NCBI GenBank assembly: GCA_964019425.1
Contig: OZ025802.1
Location: 434,001-498,000 of the forward strand
From: Flectonema sp. DT1601
Lineage: Eukaryota
Length of the DNA: 64,000 nucleotides
Direction of reading: 5' to 3'
Part shown: positions 59,513 through 64,000 of the stretch, in pieces
Numbering within the stretch: the first letter of the stretch is position 1
Layout: each line of letters starts with the position of its first letter
Notes under the pieces: generated by a model
Database searches by the model: none
Seen by the model: the letters and a program-made list of their open reading frames with translations, nothing else
What the model was told of the DNA's origin: nothing
Position numbers and translations under genes: made by a program

Positions 59513-59757
59513 TGTTTATTGTCATTTCACGTCTTTTGATTGAAAAAAGTGATTATATTTAAAAGAATACAAAAAACAACCAAGTAAATCGAGTTAACCT
59601 ACCTACCTTCTCAAAAAAATAGAACAGATTCTTGCTGAAGTAGAAACGTGCTGCACTCAAAACAAATTTATAAAAAATAAAAAAATAAAAATACTTACAT
59701 CGATCGTTTAAACGAGATTGCCTACAAGATTCTTATAGGTTAGTCGAACTCATAATA

Positions 59758-60620
59758 CTATTCTGTATTGACATCTAAGTATTTTAGGAAAGCATCGGTA
59801 TCTCTTGTACCGTAATAGTGAGTTCCTGACTTGTCTGATTTTGGGAAGAACTGTTTTTTTTTTTTTTTTTTTTTTTTGTTAATTATTATCATCATTTTAA
59901 ATAAGAATATTGAATAATCACTCATACCACGATAGTTGGAAAACTGCGAACTTGATACTTCTCACCGACATGTCCGTGTTTGTCGGCATCGACTTCAGCG
60001 ATTATAATGTCAGGGGAATCCCTTGTTAGTTCAGCTAACTTTACCCAATCAGGTGCCATCTTACGGCAATGTCCACACCAAGGAGCGAAGAATTTAATAA
60101 AAACATTCTTCGTAGGATCGTTTATAATAGATTCAGCCTTCCTTCCGAGAGCAAGAACTGTCCCTGGGACGTGATCTTTCTCAGGCTCTTCACCAGGAAG
60201 AGCTAAATCTCTAACTCCAGGTAGTTGTTCGATGATGAAAGAAATGAATCCCTCGGTGTTTCTGGAACCTCCGAACTTTACAAAACTCCCGTCTTTCTTT
60301 ACTAAAATAATAGTTGGGAATCCCTTGACACCGTATTTCTCAGCAACAGGACCACTTCCGTCTTGAGTTGCATCAAACTTTCCAATTGAAATGTCCTTAT
60401 TGCCGCTTAGTTTATCTCCCATTTCAGTCCATGTCGGGACTAGTTTCTTACACCATCCACACCATGGTGCATAGAATTCAATAAGCCAGTTAGTTCCACC
60501 AACAACAGCTGGAAAGTCTGAGCTGGTCAATTCAGTAACGCCTTCGATTGTTGTCGTTGGATCATCCTCAGCAGTCACAACAAGAGCGATTGTTAGTAAT
60601 GCGAATAGTGACTTCAACAT
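59758..60620 (-). CDS. Protein disulfide isomerase family, two thioredoxin domains; 2 exons
   Basis: Signal peptide; FYAPWCGWCK and FFAPWCGHCR; GFPT/SFPT; intron 59851-59927; last exon FFPKSDKSGTHYYGTRDTDAFLKYLDVNTE*. Confidence 0.9.
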
Positions 60621-61084
60621 CTTTTTTAAAAAAGGAAAAACCCTGTCTTTCTCTTATGAAAAATAATAACACAATTTTTCTTAATTTTATATGCGAACAA
60701 GAAATAACGAACGAGGGAATATCTCAACCAAGAGGTTACTACCCGATATAAAAAAAAAAAAAAAAAAAAAATACCAAATATTTTTTTTTTTTTCAACTAA
60801 AAACAACGCTCACTTATGAAAGAGGCGACCCATCAAAGATAAAATTAAAAAAATACTAACAAAGGGTAACTGAACACGTGAATAAGTGGCAGTAAGTGTA
60901 GAATGCCACAGTTCTATACCTCTGAAAAAGGTAATTCAAAGCACCGTTATTACAACGGTATAGAGTGTTAGGAGGGAAATGAAATAACAAAATTTCTAAA
61001 CAAAACTAAAAAAACAGTTGTTGTGTCTCAATCTCAACGTGGGTAGAAGCCCAGTCGACATTGAGACTTTGACGGGTGAGTTGA

Positions 61085-63733
61085 TTATATTTTTTGGATT
61101 GATTTGATTTGTTGCCACTCGTACTCTTCATTTCGAGTTACAACGAGTCTGCCTCCCATCTCTTCGCTCAGAATGAAACTAGTGATTTTCTCATCTGTTA
61201 ACCCACCTGAAGTGTTCAATAAGTTAGATAAAAACCAAACATCCTGATCTTCATTAAATATAATTGAACCTCGTTGATTAGCTTCTGACTGTTCAAGTAA
61301 AGTTCTACGTTGCTCCATTTCACTTTCAAACTGACTGCATGCGGTCGCTGCGATCACAGAAATGTCTGACCAGAGTAGATCAAATATTCCACAAACTTCC
61401 TTCAAAACTTTTTCTCGACAGATTTCTTCTTCAGATATCTTTTCTAAAAGAAGAGCATTGAATAACGTTGAGACTTCATTATTCCGTTTATCAGCAATAA
61501 AACAAAAATGAACATCTTGAACTAATTCCACGTGTGTTCTTCTATCAAGCTCTCCGTTCATCAATGCTCGATGTTTGGTTGCGCGTTTTATTCGGGTTTG
61601 TCTGGCGATCTCTTGGTCTTCAAGCTGTTGTTTTAATTCTAAAATAGCCGAGTCAACTTGTTGTTTATAATTTGATAATAAAACTCGTTGAGATACTTCT
61701 TCAGATGTAATTTCTCCACGACAAGGTTCTTCACATTGGCTGAGGAGTCGAAGGAGTTTTCTTGCGTGTGATTTTATTAAAATGTCCAACTCTGACGAGT
61801 CTGAAAATATTAAATCATCTCTTTCATCTCTCTCTTGATGACCAAGATTCTTACGCTCAAGATACAACATTAGTGTAGCCCAACATGCTAAACAGTCTTT
61901 ACTTATTAAATCAAAGGATAACTGCTCGTTTGATGAGGCTTCTGTACGTAAGTTTAATTCCAACTTCTGACATTCATCCGACGAGATTTGAAATGCCTTT
62001 TCAGCTCCTTCATTCACAGCCTTCCGCAATGCACTCCACTCGTATGTCTCTTCCTTATTGACACTGTTTCTGGCTCTGTAGCTGTCTCCTTCACATTTCA
62101 TAATTATTTTCATCGGCTGTAGTTTTCTGTTGAAGGCGTTTCGAGCATTTCTTTCTGTTAAAATAGTTCGAAATTTTTCAGAAAATGAATCGACGATAAG
62201 AGTGATCTGATTCCTAGATTCCACTTCCTGCCTACCTTGTAAATGTCTTGAGTACTCTTCATCAGCAAACAGTGGTGATGTGTAGTCACGATTTAGCAGT
62301 TGTTGCAGAGGTCGGATTCTACCGAAAGTAGATCGACGACGAACATTCAAACCAACCTTCGATTCGAGACGTTTAACTGGTGGAGTTGGTGAAATCTCAA
62401 AAGAAAAACATTGATGTACTGGTGGTAGCGGTAATGGTGTCTCATCTGTTCCGTTTAATATACTTTGCCTTAGTCTGCTTACTTTCTTTTCATTTGCAGA
62501 AAGCCAACTTTGCATTCGCTGTTCTCGATCTGTAAACACAGCATTCGCTTTTAAAAGCATCGATGGTTGTAAGTGAGTCGTCCCAACTGCTGAAAGTAAT
62601 TCTCGTTGAGAATTCTCAACGTATCCAGTCTGTTGTTTTCTTGCTTCTCTAAATCGAAGTTCTCTGGCTACCCGAAGGCTGTTTGATAGAATAATTCTTC
62701 TAACAGCTTTATTAAATATTCCTTTGAGGTATTGTAACCACCAACATGAAATCTTTTCAACCGAAACTGCTGCATTTGGTAACGCAAGCATCACTTCTAA
62801 TGAGGCTTTGTATGCGTAGTCTGATAGGCAGAGCTGGGCTAGCTGTTCAATTTGAATTCGAACCTTGAATTCATTTTTCACAACCTTACTGACTGCTTTC
62901 ACAAAGCGAAAGTTGGCGGATTCGAACTGGCGCTGCTCTATCATAATTATAAAGCTTTTGTCGAAGTATTTTATTATTTTATTTCTCTCGGTCTGTTCTC
63001 GTTGTTTGAAAGCTCCTCTTTTCGATATCTTCAGTTCCTCTACGTCGTGTTGCTGTGCTACGATAAGCTCGTCTTCTACTAGCTGTCGAATACTTTTAAC
63101 TTTTTCAATTTTTTGCCGAGCCTTTTGCTGCCTTCGTTGATATACTTCATTTCTAAGAGCTTTGAGACCATATTTTCCAGATCTTGAATTTTGATACCAC
63201 CTCCATATAGACGTACCACTTCTTAACTCACGTGTAGTATACTGACGAACGATTCGAGGAGTTGAACGTTTTTGACGAGTTTGAAATTGATCTATAAGGC
63301 AAGCCCATTCTCTGGATTCATTCATTAAAGTCTGTTCCCATATAGTAGTAAATTGCCGAAGGTGTATTCGACGTTGTCTTGTGTGTGACATCGTGCTAGT
63401 TGTATTCCAACCGAGTGTGACCATCGGAGCAACGTCGTCAACTTTTGTTGATATCATTGGAATTTGATTTCCAGTTAAGAGTACTTTTTGTCTTCCAGTT
63501 ATCGAAGGCTTAGAAACTCTTCCAATTGGAGGATTCTTCACAGGTTGTGATGATCTTCTATTTTCTAAACTCGATGTAGTTGAAACATCACTAAGTCGGT
63601 GATCAGTAGAATTCCTACCTTGATATATAATTGGAGGATGGGAAACAACACTAGAAACACTCAAAACAGAATTACTTCTATGAGACGGAGAATCCCCTTC
63701 AACCGCTATAATAAAATTCTCGAAAGACAACAT
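61085..63733 (-). CDS. Coiled-coil-rich protein, unknown function
   Basis: 882-aa uninterrupted ORF with recurrent E-xx-R-xx-I-xx-EE helical motifs like those in the 13.2-20 kb gene. Confidence 0.72.
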   Translation of the reverse strand: MLSFENFIIAVEGDSPSHRSNSVLSVSSVVSHPPIIYQGRNSTDHRLSDVSTTSSLENRRSSQPVKNPPIGRVSKPSITGRQKVLLTGNQIPMISTKVDDVAPMVTLGWNTTSTMSHTRQRRIHLRQFTTIWEQTLMNESREWACLIDQFQTRQKRSTPRIVRQYTTRELRSGTSIWRWYQNSRSGKYGLKALRNEVYQRRQQKARQKIEKVKSIRQLVEDELIVAQQHDVEELKISKRGAFKQREQTERNKIIKYFDKSFIIMIEQRQFESANFRFVKAVSKVVKNEFKVRIQIEQLAQLCLSDYAYKASLEVMLALPNAAVSVEKISCWWLQYLKGIFNKAVRRIILSNSLRVARELRFREARKQQTGYVENSQRELLSAVGTTHLQPSMLLKANAVFTDREQRMQSWLSANEKKVSRLRQSILNGTDETPLPLPPVHQCFSFEISPTPPVKRLESKVGLNVRRRSTFGRIRPLQQLLNRDYTSPLFADEEYSRHLQGRQEVESRNQITLIVDSFSEKFRTILTERNARNAFNRKLQPMKIIMKCEGDSYRARNSVNKEETYEWSALRKAVNEGAEKAFQISSDECQKLELNLRTEASSNEQLSFDLISKDCLACWATLMLYLERKNLGHQERDERDDLIFSDSSELDILIKSHARKLLRLLSQCEEPCRGEITSEEVSQRVLLSNYKQQVDSAILELKQQLEDQEIARQTRIKRATKHRALMNGELDRRTHVELVQDVHFCFIADKRNNEVSTLFNALLLEKISEEEICREKVLKEVCGIFDLLWSDISVIAATACSQFESEMEQRRTLLEQSEANQRGSIIFNEDQDVWFLSNLLNTSGGLTDEKITSFILSEEMGGRLVVTRNEEYEWQQIKSIQKI

Positions 63734-64000
63734 ATTAATATATAGATACTGATTAATAATAAGAAAGTCAACTAGCAGTTCAGATATTTATTAAAAGGTC
63801 ACACAGACAGCATTCATATTGAAGATCTGTGTTGAGGGAAATTTATAATAAATTAGCAAACTAAGTTCTGTCATTCTCGGATAAGAAACAGGTGAGGAAG
63901 TAATTCAAAAGAAAGGTCAACCAGTACAACCTCAGCAGAAAGTAACTAAAAACTTATAAATACACAAAATGATATTCACAGCAGTAGAGTTAGCAGCTGA

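Noticed and set aside
1..64000. CRISPR array, rRNA, spliced-leader RNA gene or alternative genetic code
   Set aside because: None recognised; long ORFs are open in the standard code and TAA, TAG and TGA all serve as stops.

Overview
Eukaryotic genomic DNA, most likely a flagellated euglenozoan such as a diplonemid (inferred from a kinetoplastid-like IFT88, Ingi/L1Tc-like retroposons, co-oriented genes and short GT-AG introns). The first 13 kb is a retrotransposon nest around three identical tRNA-Glu(CTC) genes. It holds the poly(A)-tailed 3' end of a GC-rich element encoding two RNase H1 hybrid-binding domains and an apparently dead RNase H fold, and a rearranged LINE relic with a 2A (DxExNPGP) peptide. 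It also holds two APE-RT-RNaseH-CCHC LINEs: A is inserted 12-20 bp upstream of tRNA copy 2 (9-bp TSD), and B is nested inside A about 70 bp upstream of that tRNA (5-bp TSD). A, B and the relic all point their 5' ends at the tRNA, suggesting a TRE5-like, tRNA-gene-targeted retrotransposition system. Both RTs carry a long insertion at the same site, PDZ-like in A. The tRNAs have C instead of the near-invariant U33. From 13.2 to 63.7 kb lie 13 host genes, all on the minus strand: ARM/IQ/LRR protein, FN2-like surface protein, PKD2-like channel, ASCC3, IFT88, PB1+SH2-like protein, GCP6-like protein, PC-esterase, PDI and four unknowns. Also present are an internally deleted piggyBac element and a small structured dispersed repeat. 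Domain calls are by eye; no searches were run.
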